Positions 1 to 9,430 of a stretch of DNA of 58,313 nt are shown piece by piece. The stretch is from a virus (taxonomy: Duplodnaviria; Caudoviricetes), in the IMG/VR virus record IMGVR_UViG_3300048851_000052, positions 1 to 58,313 of that record; one strand, 5' to 3'. Made by a program: the position numbers and the translations under genes. A model generated the notes under the pieces. The model was not told the DNA's origin and ran no database searches. It saw only the letters and a list, made by a program, of their open reading frames with translations. Each line of letters begins with the position of its first letter. Positions within the stretch are counted from its first letter, which is position 1.

Positions 1-59
1 GCCGTGGTTGCGGCGCACAGAGGCAGCAGCCAAAAGCCGATAACTTTAAAAGTCGTCAT
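1..59 (-). CDS. Possible 5' end of a host gene running off the window (signal-peptide-like N-terminus)
   Basis: ATG at 59 gives MTTFKVIGFWLLPLCAATT..., open to the window edge. Confidence 0.3.
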   Translation of the reverse strand, partial: MTTFKVIGFWLLPLCAATT

Positions 60-524
60 GTGTGCACGGCCATGGCTACAGGTTGTTACTTGTTATATAT
101 GAATAAAATTACTTTGCCAGTACTTGATTAAAATTAAGTTCATTTATTTTGTTGGCGTCAACTTCTGTTCTTATTTATAAAGCGCTGATAAGAAACAGCG
201 CGCTCTTGTCAGGGTGCGAATTAATGGCGCCAAATAATCTGCCGGGAAACCCCCGTAATAAGCTGAGCGCCTATCGAGGTTTAATGATGGCCGCGTTTAA
301 TAAAGAGCTGAAGTTGTTAGCGTGCTCATTATGGCGCGGTGAAGGGCTCATGTTCCGGACTGTCTGCAGTCGAGCCAGTTTCATCAATGTTTGACCAGCG
401 GCCAGGCAGTTCACGGCGAAAGCCGGCTCCAGAAGGAGCGCGGGTGTTTTCAGCAGGATCGGCGTCAGACAGGTGCGAGCTGTTAGAATGCGCGTCCATT
501 TCGACCGACCTGCTTATTGCTCCC

Positions 525-605
525 ATGCTGCCTATTACTGAACCCCGTACCGATCGTCTGCCGTGCGAACCCTCACGCCGCTTTTCCGTGGCACCGATGA
601 TGGAT
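525..605 (+). pseudogene. dusA: Native 5' stub of dusA, cut off by prophage integration
   Basis: MLPITEPRTDRLPCEPSRRFSVAPMMD contains the DusA N-terminal RRFSVAPMMD motif, then runs into phage sequence and stops at 671. Confidence 0.9.
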
Positions 606-609
606 CGGA
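582..609 (+). repeat. attL (core CCGATGATGGAT at 594-605)
   Basis: TTTTCCGTGGCACCGATGATGGATCGGA matches 55191-55218 at 24/28 positions. Confidence 0.9.
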
Positions 610-717
610 TCTACTGGCTTAATAATCGCAGTCAGATCAGTAAGTTACGCAGACTTCACTGCTTGCTGTAGCGAAAATCAAGCAGTGACGCACGAGAAGT
701 GACGTTTTGGCGGGATT

Positions 718-999
718 TTATGAGACGCGGCGAAGGGGTCGCCCCATCAATTTGTTGTGCTCGATCTTCGCCCTCGAATGCTGCGCATCCAGGTATTCAG
801 CTAGATCGTTTAGATGGACCCCCCTGGCTGACTTTTGACTGCTTTCCATCCTGACTAACGGCAAATCAATCTCTCCAGCCGCTACTTTCATTCTCATCGT
901 TTCAGGCGTCAGGTGGCTGAAGTAATCGGCGCATACTCGCTCCAGCGGGATGATCGCCATCCCGCTGTACTGGGCCATTAGCAAAAATGCTGTGTTCAT
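718..999 (-). CDS. PrtN (pyocin activator)-family DNA-binding protein, probable excisionase/RDF
   Basis: MNTAFLLMAQY..IIPLERVCADYF..LPLVRMESSQKSARGVHLNDLAEYLD is typical of the family; it lies next to int on the circular form. Confidence 0.8.
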   Translation of the reverse strand: MNTAFLLMAQYSGMAIIPLERVCADYFSHLTPETMRMKVAAGEIDLPLVRMESSQKSARGVHLNDLAEYLDAQHSRAKIEHNKLMGRPLRRVS

Positions 1000-1004
1000 G
1001 TTGG

Positions 1005-1265
1005 CTACCTCCGTCCGGGGTCTATGCAGGGGTTGAGTGGCTCGGCGTTGTCCGTAATCACGTGCTCGATTGAGCAGCTGTGCGATAACGCGTCGCCCAT
1101 GTAAATCCTATTCATGACACGGTCATGGCTTGCCACTACATCGTCAACGATCTCCTCCATTTCCGAGAGATCAGAAAGGCCTGCGTGTCGAACCTGCTCG
1201 ATGGTCAGGCCGGCTGGTACTTCAAAAAAAGTAGTGATTGTGGTCTTCACGCTTATTTGTGGCAT
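1005..1265 (-). CDS. Hypothetical phage protein
   Basis: ORF with GGAG-like RBS, co-oriented with the early-left operon. Confidence 0.55.
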   Translation of the reverse strand: MPQISVKTTITTFFEVPAGLTIEQVRHAGLSDLSEMEEIVDDVVASHDRVMNRIYMGDALSHSCSIEHVITDNAEPLNPCIDPGRR

Positions 1266-1322
1266 GGGGAGTGCTCCGCCCGCCGTACACCGGCAGGCAT
1301 GTGGATAGATGGGGAAGGGGTG

Positions 1323-1772
1323 TTACTTGTCGGACTTGCGTTTGCGGGCGGCCAGCACCAGTGCTTTCGAAGCCTTGGCGACACCACCGACAACGTCTTC
1401 GGGAAGGATCGCAGTGTTGCAGTGCGGGCAGAGCGGCGCGGTTTTCGTACTACGCCAGGCTTCGTCCATCACCTTGGCTGCCCTGCTGCGCGCTTGGAAC
1501 TGCTCAGCCTCGGCCAGTTCGGTCTCGCGGCGCTTGATGCGTCCAGCTGCTGCACTGAACATGCTGACCAACCCTTCAAATGCATCGAAGGCCTCAACCT
1601 CGGTTTCGCAATCGCTGCACCAGATGCGGCGCTCGTTGTGGTCATAGACCAGCTTCCGGTGCTGGCATGACGAGGTGGGTCGGCGGGTCAGACCGCGCGC
1701 GACCCGCAGGTCCTCGATCTGGACGACATTCACCCCGTAGAGATAATCCTGCGGTTCAATAGGTGCGCTCAT
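1323..1772 (-). CDS. Hypothetical phage protein with CxxC zinc-binding motifs
   Basis: Start MSAPIEPQ after GGAGG; CQH..WCSDC and LCPHC motifs. Confidence 0.7.
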   Translation of the reverse strand: MSAPIEPQDYLYGVNVVQIEDLRVARGLTRRPTSSCQHRKLVYDHNERRIWCSDCETEVEAFDAFEGLVSMFSAAAGRIKRRETELAEAEQFQARSRAAKVMDEAWRSTKTAPLCPHCNTAILPEDVVGGVAKASKALVLAARKRKSDK

Positions 1773-1924
1773 GCCGCCTCCTTGCCGCGCTGCCACCAGA
1801 ACCAAGCGCGGGCCATGTACCGATCCAGATAGCTGCCATTGCTCAGTCGCTGGGACTGGCACCAGTCCAGCGTGCAGTTGTGGTCCTCGGCGTAGGCCTG
1901 TTCGAATTGGTCTCGACTGTTCAT
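1769..1924 (-). CDS. Small hypothetical phage protein (51 aa)
   Basis: MNSRDQFEQAYAE...RAWFWWQRGKEAA, ATGA-type overlaps with both neighbours. Confidence 0.6.
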   Translation of the reverse strand: MNSRDQFEQAYAEDHNCTLDWCQSQRLSNGSYLDRYMARAWFWWQRGKEAA

Positions 1925-2331
1925 TTGTTCAGCTCCTCGACCGCATCCAGGCAGGCGTTCCAGCCGGCACGGTATTCAGAAACGTGAAGCCGCTCGTAGC
2001 GCTCCGGCAACTCGACCGGGCGCTGCGGGTGGCGGTAGAGCGGCGTCAGGTCCGGCAAGTCCGCATGTAAGATCGCAGACTTTTGCTCGACAACTGCTCC
2101 CGACTTTAAACTGCCGTCTGACATGATCATGGGCAGGCTATGAGAACGCGTTGTTACGACTGTCGCCACCGGCTCCTCCACCACTGCGCGGACATCCTCG
2201 GCAGGGGCTGCGAGCAACTTCCAGAGATCAGTCGTAACTGAGGTTTCCGGGCAATAGCAGTTGGATAGTGCCAATTGCAGGCGCTCCAGAAGTTCACGCG
2301 GCACACACACCAGCTGTGTGTTGTTGGTCAT
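1921..2331 (-). CDS. Hypothetical phage protein
   Basis: EPVA...PLYRHP...GWNACLDAV motifs common in early phage accessory proteins. Confidence 0.7.
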   Translation of the reverse strand: MTNNTQLVCVPRELLERLQLALSNCYCPETSVTTDLWKLLAAPAEDVRAVVEEPVATVVTTRSHSLPMIMSDGSLKSGAVVEQKSAILHADLPDLTPLYRHPQRPVELPERYERLHVSEYRAGWNACLDAVEELNK

Positions 2332-2627
2332 GTCTTCTTTTCCTCTTCCGTCAGTTCATCCCATTCCGATTGGGTGTAGGTGGCAATAGGATCGCCATGA
2401 AATGCCCTTTCGGTGTAGCAGTGCGACTCAATGGCGAGGTAGTCGCTGATCTCCATGAACACCCAGAGGCCGGTCCAATCCTTGAACTCTGGCGCGTACA
2501 TTTTCCCGCCGTGCCATCGGACGTAGCCGCCTTTGAAAATTTTGCGGTAGCCGTTCACAAGGAAACCGTCGTCGCACTTCTGGTCGTAGCCTTGTCGACC
2601 CGCTGGCTTTTGTATGAGAGGCATCAC
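2328..2627 (-). CDS. Hypothetical phage protein
   Basis: 4-nt overlaps with neighbouring genes. Confidence 0.6.
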   Translation of the reverse strand: MMPLIQKPAGRQGYDQKCDDGFLVNGYRKIFKGGYVRWHGGKMYAPEFKDWTGLWVFMEISDYLAIESHCYTERAFHGDPIATYTQSEWDELTEEEKKT

Positions 2628-3241
2628 GCACCACCCTTCGCCGCTTCTGCATCTTGCCCGCAGATCTCGTCGACGTTGCAGGCGATGGGGGTGGCGAGGA
2701 ATGCGCGTGCTTCCGCATAGTCGCGGTTGTCGTCAAGCATCTTCTCGACGCTGTCACAGTCACCACCGAGGCCTGTGATTCGCTCGTGCCCAGCCTCAAG
2801 GCAGCACGCATAATCTGTCGTCATGCGGCGCAGCAACTCCCGCGCCTTGGTCAGGTCGGATTGGAGCGCGCCTGCATGGGACGCAAAAGCCTTGAACATT
2901 TTAGAGAATCTGGCTTGGTCAACACCAATAACGCGCATGACTTCTTTAGCGTCCAGCACATCTTGCAAAAGGTCCATGCGCCTCTCTTTGAGCCTGTTAC
3001 GCTCTACGGTCAGATCACACACGCGCTGATCAGCGATGTTCAGGCGCTGCTGTAGGGCGGCGACGCGATCCTTGCCCATCTGCTCCCGGGCGAGAAAGAT
3101 CGAGTACGCATCCTGCGACACGCGGACCGATCGGCCATCGATGCCGAAGTCGACGCCATCACCTGCCGGAGCAACATCCCCACGGCAGACTGCCAAGCGC
3201 TCTGCAGGACAACCGCTCAACCGCTTGCATAGCTGACTCAT
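2624..3241 (-). CDS. Coiled-coil phage protein
   Basis: Heptad-rich segment ALQQRLNIADQRVCDL; translational coupling. Confidence 0.65.
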   Translation of the reverse strand: MSQLCKRLSGCPAERLAVCRGDVAPAGDGVDFGIDGRSVRVSQDAYSIFLAREQMGKDRVAALQQRLNIADQRVCDLTVERNRLKERRMDLLQDVLDAKEVMRVIGVDQARFSKMFKAFASHAGALQSDLTKARELLRRMTTDYACCLEAGHERITGLGGDCDSVEKMLDDNRDYAEARAFLATPIACNVDEICGQDAEAAKGGA

Positions 3242-3471
3242 GCTCGTTTCTCCATGTCAGTGGTGATGGACTCAACAATCACCGGCCCAAGAATTCGGAT
3301 GTTGCGGCTGTCTTCTTTGAAAGCACGGTTCAGGCGGCCGACCGCTGCCTCTCGAGCCTGCCGGTAAACCTGGTCCAACAGGCAGTCGGGCCCCCACGAG
3401 CCAAGGTTGCTCAGCTCGACGGTAAGCGTGACTTTCGCCCCTGTTGTCGTTCGTACGACTGGCTTGCTCAT
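3238..3471 (-). CDS. Hypothetical phage protein
   Basis: Start MSKPVV after GGAGG; overlaps neighbours. Confidence 0.6.
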   Translation of the reverse strand: MSKPVVRTTTGAKVTLTVELSNLGSWGPDCLLDQVYRQAREAAVGRLNRAFKEDSRNIRILGPVIVESITTDMEKRA

Positions 3472-3785
3472 AACCCCTCCTGCGGCGAAACGATGCCGCT
3501 TGCTGGAATGACAGCCATGCCGAGATGGATGGCGAGTTCGATTTCTACGTTGGCGCCGCGGGACTGACGCCAGTCGGGCAGGAACGCCACGGTGTCGCAG
3601 GTCAGCATCTGGCGGAGGGCGGCGCGCATGTACAGCTCCCACACGTGCCCAGGGACTGGCGGGTTTTCGGTGGGATTCTCAACGGTGTAGCCGAGTGCAC
3701 GTATGCGGGCGGCCTCCGCATTGAATGCCGGGTAGTTGAAGTCCGGCAGGCCTGACATCGGCCCGCTGATATAGACGCGTTGCAT
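3468..3785 (-). CDS. DUF4406 / nucleoside 2-deoxyribosyltransferase-like protein
   Basis: RVYISGPMSGLPDFNYPAF..NP..CD.VAFLPDWRQSRGANVE signature. Confidence 0.85.
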   Translation of the reverse strand: MQRVYISGPMSGLPDFNYPAFNAEAARIRALGYTVENPTENPPVPGHVWELYMRAALRQMLTCDTVAFLPDWRQSRGANVEIELAIHLGMAVIPASGIVSPQEGL

Positions 3786-3831
3786 GGCAGCACCTCGCCG
3801 GTGGCGTGATTCAAAGTAGGGAAGGGGTTGT

Positions 3832-4956
3832 TCAAGCCGCCGGCGGCGCGTCGTGAAAGACGTCCATCTGAGCGGCGCCATCCAGCCATGCGGCGTCGAT
3901 ACGGGCCCGCGCCATGGATGCGTAATCAGGATTCAGCTCGCAGATGATTGACCGACGCCCCTCCTGCATCGAAACCAGCGACGTGGTACCGGCACCGCCG
4001 AACGGGTCCAGGACAACACCACAGCGCGGCGCGCCGGCCAGAATGCAAGGCCGGATCAAGTCGGGCGGGAAGGTGGCGAAGTGGGCGCCCTTGAAACTGT
4101 GCGTGGACACCGTCCAGACGCTGCGTTTGTTTCTGGTCAGCAAGTCCCAGCTGCTCGGCTCTCGATCTGGTCGATGCGTGCCCTTGTTTTGGCCTGGGAT
4201 CGTTTGCTCGCGCTTCGATCCTTCGCGCTGAAAGCTGTCTCGGTTGCTGCGGCTTCCACCGACTGCTTTCATCGGCCCATTTGTTTTGCCTGGAACCCGC
4301 TCGCTTCCTGCCTGGCTTTCGATGTCCTGCGACCACCGCGCCTCGCTGCTTTCGGCAGCCGGCTCTCGAATCGCCTGCATGTCGCAGTGGTACCGGCGGG
4401 ATTTACTGAGCAGAAACAGGTATTCGTGGGCCTTCGTGCATCGATCACGCGTCGACTCTGGCATAGGGTTCGGCTTGTGCCAGATGATGTCCTGTCGCAG
4501 ATACCAGCCGTCGTCCTGCAGGGCGAACGCCAAACGCCACGGCATGCCCATCAAGTCTTTCGGCTTGAGACCGTAGCCTCTGGGGTCCGAAGTGGTCTTA
4601 CGGGCACGCTTCGGATGATTGGTTATCGAGTTTCGCTGCATGGCGCTGGCGTTATAAGCTGTGTTGCCATGAGACGTGGTCCGCCCTTCAGCGCCCCAAC
4701 TGCCGGCGTAGCTGTCACCCATGTTCACCCAGATCGTGCCGTCGTCGCGGAGTACTCGACGCACTTCGCGGAAGACGGCAACAAGCCGCGCAATGAACTC
4801 GGCGGGCGTCTCTTCCAGGCCGATCTGGCCTTCGACGCCGTAGTCGCGCAAGCCGAAGTAGGGCGGGCTGGTTACGCAGGTGTGAACTGACTGGTCCGGC
4901 AGCGTCCGCATCATATCAATGCAGTCGCCAACCAGAATCTGATGCTGCTGGCTCAT
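3832..4956 (-). CDS. Orphan DNA methyltransferase (N4-cytosine/N6-adenine, beta class)
   Basis: TSPPY catalytic motif precedes HFATFP and VLDPFGGAGT SAM-binding motif. Confidence 0.92.
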   Translation of the reverse strand: MSQQHQILVGDCIDMMRTLPDQSVHTCVTSPPYFGLRDYGVEGQIGLEETPAEFIARLVAVFREVRRVLRDDGTIWVNMGDSYAGSWGAEGRTTSHGNTAYNASAMQRNSITNHPKRARKTTSDPRGYGLKPKDLMGMPWRLAFALQDDGWYLRQDIIWHKPNPMPESTRDRCTKAHEYLFLLSKSRRYHCDMQAIREPAAESSEARWSQDIESQAGSERVPGKTNGPMKAVGGSRSNRDSFQREGSKREQTIPGQNKGTHRPDREPSSWDLLTRNKRSVWTVSTHSFKGAHFATFPPDLIRPCILAGAPRCGVVLDPFGGAGTTSLVSMQEGRRSIICELNPDYASMARARIDAAWLDGAAQMDVFHDAPPAA

Positions 4957-5050
4957 GGTTCGATTCCATGCGATGGGGAAAAATGGCCTACGCTTACCGC
5001 TCCACAGGAAGGGGATACGGTCATGAGCGAAGACAGGGGCGATACGGTGA

Positions 5051-5812
5051 TTAGGCGGCTTTCGCCTCGCCCTGTTGGGCGACTATCGCCTTGGCGGCGT
5101 GATTGATGAGATACAGACGGTTGATGAGGCTTTCGCGCGGCTTGTCGATAGTGATCTCCCAGTAATCGCAGCCAAGCCCAAGCTCGTCGTGGTTTGAGCT
5201 CATGAAACTGAAGGCTTCATGGGTGTCGCCGATGTGATTTGCCTCATCCAGGCGATCATTCAAACCGTCCCAGAATTCATAGCCGTCCTCTCCATACTCA
5301 ATGGCGTCGTGCCGGGCTTCGACGAATGCGCAAAGCTCGTCCCAGCGACCTGCCTCGCCTGGCCCGCCGTCGTTACGCATCCATTCGGGCAAGGCTGCGT
5401 ACTCGTCGTCATCGCGGGTGTTTTCACAGATTTGGCTGCACACACCATTCACTAGTGACGCGCGGAAGGCGTCTTCATCAAACTCGCGTTCGCGACAGTG
5501 CCCTTCAAGTTTTGAATGGATGTAGTAGCCGATGTCTTTGCCTGCTAGAAACTCGATACCGTAGGAGAGGCCGACGCTGAAGGTCAATCCGTCAATGTCG
5601 CCAATTGTGGCAATGCCGAAGCGTGTCATGAGGATGTCAAAGGCATAGGCTGTGCTGCCTGGGGCCTTGCAGCGCCACGCTTTCAACTGATCTGTGTCAG
5701 CCAGCACGGTGTATTCGTGATCCTTCAAGCATTCCGCCGCTCGCTCCCGGCGCTTGGCCTCTTCGGCTTTGCGCTGTGCGATCCATTTTTGGTGGCGTTG
5801 TTCGGGGTTCAT
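5051..5812 (-). CDS. Hypothetical phage protein (acidic)
   Basis: 253-aa ORF with GGAG RBS in the operon orientation. Confidence 0.75.
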   Translation of the reverse strand: MNPEQRHQKWIAQRKAEEAKRRERAAECLKDHEYTVLADTDQLKAWRCKAPGSTAYAFDILMTRFGIATIGDIDGLTFSVGLSYGIEFLAGKDIGYYIHSKLEGHCREREFDEDAFRASLVNGVCSQICENTRDDDEYAALPEWMRNDGGPGEAGRWDELCAFVEARHDAIEYGEDGYEFWDGLNDRLDEANHIGDTHEAFSFMSSNHDELGLGCDYWEITIDKPRESLINRLYLINHAAKAIVAQQGEAKAA

Positions 5813-5897
5813 GGCAATGCTCCATGCGAAAGCCTCCGAAGGTTCGGTGGCTGGTGGTGGGATTTAGTTATGCGTGCGTTACATCGAAGGCGTGGTG

Positions 5898-6233
5898 TTA
5901 CGCCTGCATGACCGGACTGATGATCTCGTCGCCTGGGTCCTTGCCGATCATCAACATGCTTTTCTCAGCAAAAAGGCGCGCCACGATTTTGGATGGCTGA
6001 TATTCGTGGCGCGGTACGAGCAGCAACGGCCGGGACCGATCAGGCCCTAATTCGTGAAGCCGGTGAATCATCACCGTCAGCGCTTCCCCTTGCTCCTCGA
6101 TCTCTGCCCAGGCCATCAGCTCAGCGAGGGCTTGCTTCGTGCCGGGCCTGACTCGGAGCCTCAACTCCTCCTCGCCGACTGCCTTCCGTTTCAGCGCTGC
6201 CTTCTCGTCGCGCTGCTGTTGGGTCATCGCCAT
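5898..6233 (-). CDS. Hypothetical protein, possible ribbon-helix-helix DNA-binding
   Basis: EELRLRVRPGTKQALAELM strand-helix pattern. Confidence 0.6.
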   Translation of the reverse strand: MAMTQQQRDEKAALKRKAVGEEELRLRVRPGTKQALAELMAWAEIEEQGEALTVMIHRLHELGPDRSRPLLLVPRHEYQPSKIVARLFAEKSMLMIGKDPGDEIISPVMQA

Positions 6234-6314
6234 GAACTGGCTCCTTCAAACCGCTTGAGGGGAGGTGGATGTGTTCCTGTCGGCGGCGCTGCGTCACTCG
6301 TGTGCGGATGCGCT

Positions 6315-6998
6315 TCACCGCTGATTCGCCGGATAGTGAACCGAGTACGTTGCGATGATCCGCAACAGCTTCTTGGGGCTGATCCCCATGCACTTGGCAC
6401 AGGTGGTGCGCGGCACGCCCAGCTCGCTGAACGCTTTGATTCGCTCGATCAACTTGCGGTCAGCTCCCTCATCGACGGCGCCGGGAAGGTCGAAGCAGTG
6501 ATGTTTCGCCATTCTCACCAGTCGCTCGCGAGTCAGCCCGAACTCTCGAATCACGTCCTGCTGGCTGGCACCTTCGGCAAATCGCCGCGTGATGTCCGGC
6601 ACAAGCAACGCTTCGGCTTCACGCTTGAGCGCCAGAGCCGAGGCCGGCCTGATCTTCGACGGGAAGGTGATGCCGTATTCTTTGGCGAGATGTCCGAGCC
6701 GCGCCGCGCTGACGCCGATCTGCGCCGCCGCAGCCTTCAGGCCAACGCCCGAAAGCTTCCTGAGCTGTTCCACGGTGCGCCGCTCCAAAGCCAGCGCCTC
6801 CTGGGCCTTCCGTTCACTCTGGCCTGCCGTCTTGTAGCCGTAGGCGATCGTCTCGCTATTGAAGGGAAGCGCAACCCGCTGGGTGGTCTCCAGCTTATGG
6901 ATGACTCCACCGCTGCGCTCGTACTCGGCAACAGCGGCGGCAATCTCGGCCGACTGGATGCTGTTGTGCTGGATGCTGCTCAACTCAAGGCTGATCAT
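6315..6998 (-). CDS. Multi-HTH phage protein
   Basis: Three HTH-like segments (AAAQIGVSAARL, VIREFGLTRERL, CAKCMGISPKKL). Confidence 0.7.
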   Translation of the reverse strand: MISLELSSIQHNSIQSAEIAAAVAEYERSGGVIHKLETTQRVALPFNSETIAYGYKTAGQSERKAQEALALERRTVEQLRKLSGVGLKAAAAQIGVSAARLGHLAKEYGITFPSKIRPASALALKREAEALLVPDITRRFAEGASQQDVIREFGLTRERLVRMAKHHCFDLPGAVDEGADRKLIERIKAFSELGVPRTTCAKCMGISPKKLLRIIATYSVHYPANQR

Positions 6999-7000
6999 TG

Positions 7001-7339
7001 TCAGGCTCGCTTTCGACTGTTGATGTCGATGTAGTGGATTTCGGCGATTTCACGAAGGATTGCGCGGGTGATGCCCAAGGCTTCGCAGATCTGCGATTGC
7101 GACCTGGTGCCGGCCAGCTCACTGATCTTGGCGGCCAGGGCATCGCGGTCTGCTCGCCGGCGCTGCCGGGTGGCTTCGGTGTTGGTTGAGAACTCGATGC
7201 CGTGCTGCTTGGCGATTCGGTTGATGCTGCGAGTGGATCGCCCCAGCGCCTTAGCAGCCGCATAAACCCCGGCGTCCACGTATTGGTGCAGAGATTTTGC
7301 TACCTCGGGCTCTGCTGCCCGGTGCGCGTCCCATCTCAT
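7001..7339 (-). CDS. Tandem-HTH phage protein
   Basis: AAKALGRSTRSI and QICEALGITRAIL HTH-like motifs. Confidence 0.7.
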   Translation of the reverse strand: MRWDAHRAAEPEVAKSLHQYVDAGVYAAAKALGRSTRSINRIAKQHGIEFSTNTEATRQRRRADRDALAAKISELAGTRSQSQICEALGITRAILREIAEIHYIDINSRKRA

Positions 7340-7977
7340 GCTGCGACCACTTCATTAATGGCGTTCATGGTTTCGTTGACCAGCTCAAGGAACAGGGCGC
7401 GCCGATCAGCGAGGCGCTTCAACTCCTCCTTGAAGTCGTCCCGATCCTGCCGGTAGATGATCAGCTGGCTCGATTCAGGAAAGTCAGAACAGTAACTGGT
7501 GAAGTCCACCCAGTCGCGCCCAGTGCAATCAAGATGCCCGACAAGCTGCCAGCGGTATGAAGGGTCGAATGAGCCCCTGCGAAGCGTGTCGTAATGGACG
7601 CCAGCGATGACTGATTTGATTTCCAGCACACCATCAGTGCCGACAAGGCCGTCAGGAGAGTCACCGTATTCGCCAAGGTCGAAGAAGCCGCCGTTGGTGA
7701 CTTCGACGAATCGCTCGTCTTCGTACAGCATCCGGGCAATCGGTTCCTGTTCGTGTCCGCGCTCCATCTCCGCGTTCTTGAACCCGAACTCAGCCTTGCG
7801 TCCGGTGATACGCTCCAGCGCGATCTGAAGTGCGTATCGCTTGGCTGGCTCGCCGAAGGCCTTGCCCTCGTTTGCCATGAAGCAGGAAAAGTTCGATGCC
7901 GTGGCCTTGCCGGTTCTCAGTGCCTGCCAAACCTCGGTGTTTTGCTCGATGTCATGCCACTGCCGATTCATTGGCAC
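7336..7977 (-). CDS. YqaJ-like viral recombinase / lambda-exonuclease family
   Basis: QNTEVW..R.GKATAS, GHEQEP.AR, SPDGLV, LEIK motifs. Confidence 0.92.
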   Translation of the reverse strand: MPMNRQWHDIEQNTEVWQALRTGKATASNFSCFMANEGKAFGEPAKRYALQIALERITGRKAEFGFKNAEMERGHEQEPIARMLYEDERFVEVTNGGFFDLGEYGDSPDGLVGTDGVLEIKSVIAGVHYDTLRRGSFDPSYRWQLVGHLDCTGRDWVDFTSYCSDFPESSQLIIYRQDRDDFKEELKRLADRRALFLELVNETMNAINEVVAA

Positions 7978-8473
7978 ACTCCTGCATCAGCTGCTGCTGG
8001 TGCTCATCGGTCATGGATAGGCGGGCAAGTACGGCATCAAGATTGCCATCGCGCTTGTATGCGTTTTTGGCGTTGTTCCAGGCCTTCAGGTTTTCAGGAG
8101 TGAGCCATGCCACCACTGGTGCCTTCGGGCTAATCCGCAATCCCTCCATGACCTCACGCCCGAACTTTACATTCGAGTCCACGTAGACGGTGATCTTCAC
8201 GCCCTGCCAGTCTTCAATGAACGGCGAGTTCGTCAGCGTCTTCAGCGTTTTGCTGTTGGTGACGTTGAGGATCATCGGCTTGAGTTTCTCGCCTGGGCGG
8301 ATTTCGCGCTCGACGAAGTAGGCCGTGTTGAACATATCCTTAGTCTTCTTCGTCTTATCCTGTTCCAGGCGGACGTTGGCGATGGTGAAGGTCATATGCC
8401 CGACGATATCGGCGCTGCTCAGGTAGGGGCTGTTGAAAGCCTTCTTGAAGTGAGTCTTGTTCTCTGCACTCAT
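7952..8473 (-). CDS. Conserved phage protein in the recombinase-partner (SSAP) position
   Basis: KTHFKKAFNSPYL..KPMILNVTN..W.G.KIT motif; overlaps the exonuclease gene. Confidence 0.65.
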   Translation of the reverse strand: MSAENKTHFKKAFNSPYLSSADIVGHMTFTIANVRLEQDKTKKTKDMFNTAYFVEREIRPGEKLKPMILNVTNSKTLKTLTNSPFIEDWQGVKITVYVDSNVKFGREVMEGLRISPKAPVVAWLTPENLKAWNNAKNAYKRDGNLDAVLARLSMTDEHQQQLMQECANESAVA

Positions 8474-8769
8474 GACAGCCCTCCAGCCTTTCTGATTGCG
8501 GTGTTTGCCATGTGCGCTGCTTTGGTTTGCATACCAGCGAACCCTTTGTCAGCTGCGCAGTGGGCCAGCGCATCAAGTGCGTACTTGAGCGCTGCCAGAA
8601 GGTCAGGTGCAGCCGCGATCAGGTGCGCATCTGCTTCCTCATAGACAAAGTCAACGACCTGCTCTTGATCGACGTTGAAGTCGATGGCGTAACCGACCTG
8701 CCCAGGAAAACCCTGACCGCCTACCTTTCTAGCGCGCCATGGGCCGGGTGTGTGCGTTTGTTCAGACAT
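8470..8769 (-). CDS. HTPGPW-motif phage protein
   Basis: HTPGPW ... ADAHLIAAAPDLLAAL signature. Confidence 0.75.
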   Translation of the reverse strand: MSEQTHTPGPWRARKVGGQGFPGQVGYAIDFNVDQEQVVDFVYEEADAHLIAAAPDLLAALKYALDALAHCAADKGFAGMQTKAAHMANTAIRKAGGLS

Positions 8770-8826
8770 GCGGAGTCTCCCGCGCCATCCGTGTGCCGGG
8801 GCGCTGCGATTGAATAGGGTGGGGGG

Positions 8827-8943
8827 TTATTGCGTGATGTGTGAGGCGTAGGAGCTTGCGAGCATCCAGGCAGTGCAAAGCAGTAGAGTGAAGAAACTGC
8901 CGCGCCATAGGGTCACGCGCTTTGCGTGCTGGTACCGGGTCAT
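8827..8943 (-). CDS. Small single-TM peptide (38 aa)
   Basis: MTRYQHAKRVTLWRGSFFTLLLCTAWMLASSYASHITQ, coupled to the upstream stop. Confidence 0.5.
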   Translation of the reverse strand: MTRYQHAKRVTLWRGSFFTLLLCTAWMLASSYASHITQ

Positions 8944-9209
8944 AGGCGAACTTCGTAGGAAAGCGTCCACTCGCCACACCAGCACTGACGCTGGCTCCAC
9001 GCCTCAGGGTTCGAGATATGCGCCCGTTCAGCCTCGCGCATGGCGTCCAGCATGGTCAGGCCCTTGAACACCATCAGCACCCGGTCTTCAGGCACTGCCA
9101 TATGCTCGGGCAGCTCAACGCTTGGCGCGCTGAAGCCGAGCATTGCCAGACTGCGTTCAATCTCGGCGATCTGATCGTCGATCAGGGATTTGACGATTGG
9201 CTGGCTCAT
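8940..9209 (-). CDS. Hypothetical phage protein
   Basis: Start MSQPIV; ATGA coupling. Confidence 0.6.
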   Translation of the reverse strand: MSQPIVKSLIDDQIAEIERSLAMLGFSAPSVELPEHMAVPEDRVLMVFKGLTMLDAMREAERAHISNPEAWSQRQCWCGEWTLSYEVRL

Positions 9210-9430
9210 GGCTGCACTCTCTTGGTTACCAATACATCCCAAACCTCACCATTGCCGTGAATATCGAATGCGCCACCGTGATACTCAGCCTTGTAAATCA
9301 GAGCCTTCATAAAGTCACTTGTGACCTTCTGCCGCGATCCTTCTGTTATCGAGTCGCCCTTCGCGTTTTCGAAACCCGCAATAACTTCTCCTGTCAACGC
9401 TGTAACGTTAAGCCTGATCTTCTTGCTCAT
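9206..9430 (-). CDS. Hypothetical phage protein
   Basis: Coupled small ORF. Confidence 0.6.
   Translation of the reverse strand: MSKKIRLNVTALTGEVIAGFENAKGDSITEGSRQKVTSDFMKALIYKAEYHGGAFDIHGNGEVWDVLVTKRVQP

Noticed and set aside
339-671. 110-aa ORF at the left end
   Set aside because: Chimera of upstream sequence, the dusA stub and phage DNA across attL
6054-7034. 326-aa plus-strand ORF
   Set aside because: Antisense shadow of coupled minus-strand genes in GC-rich DNA; no motifs
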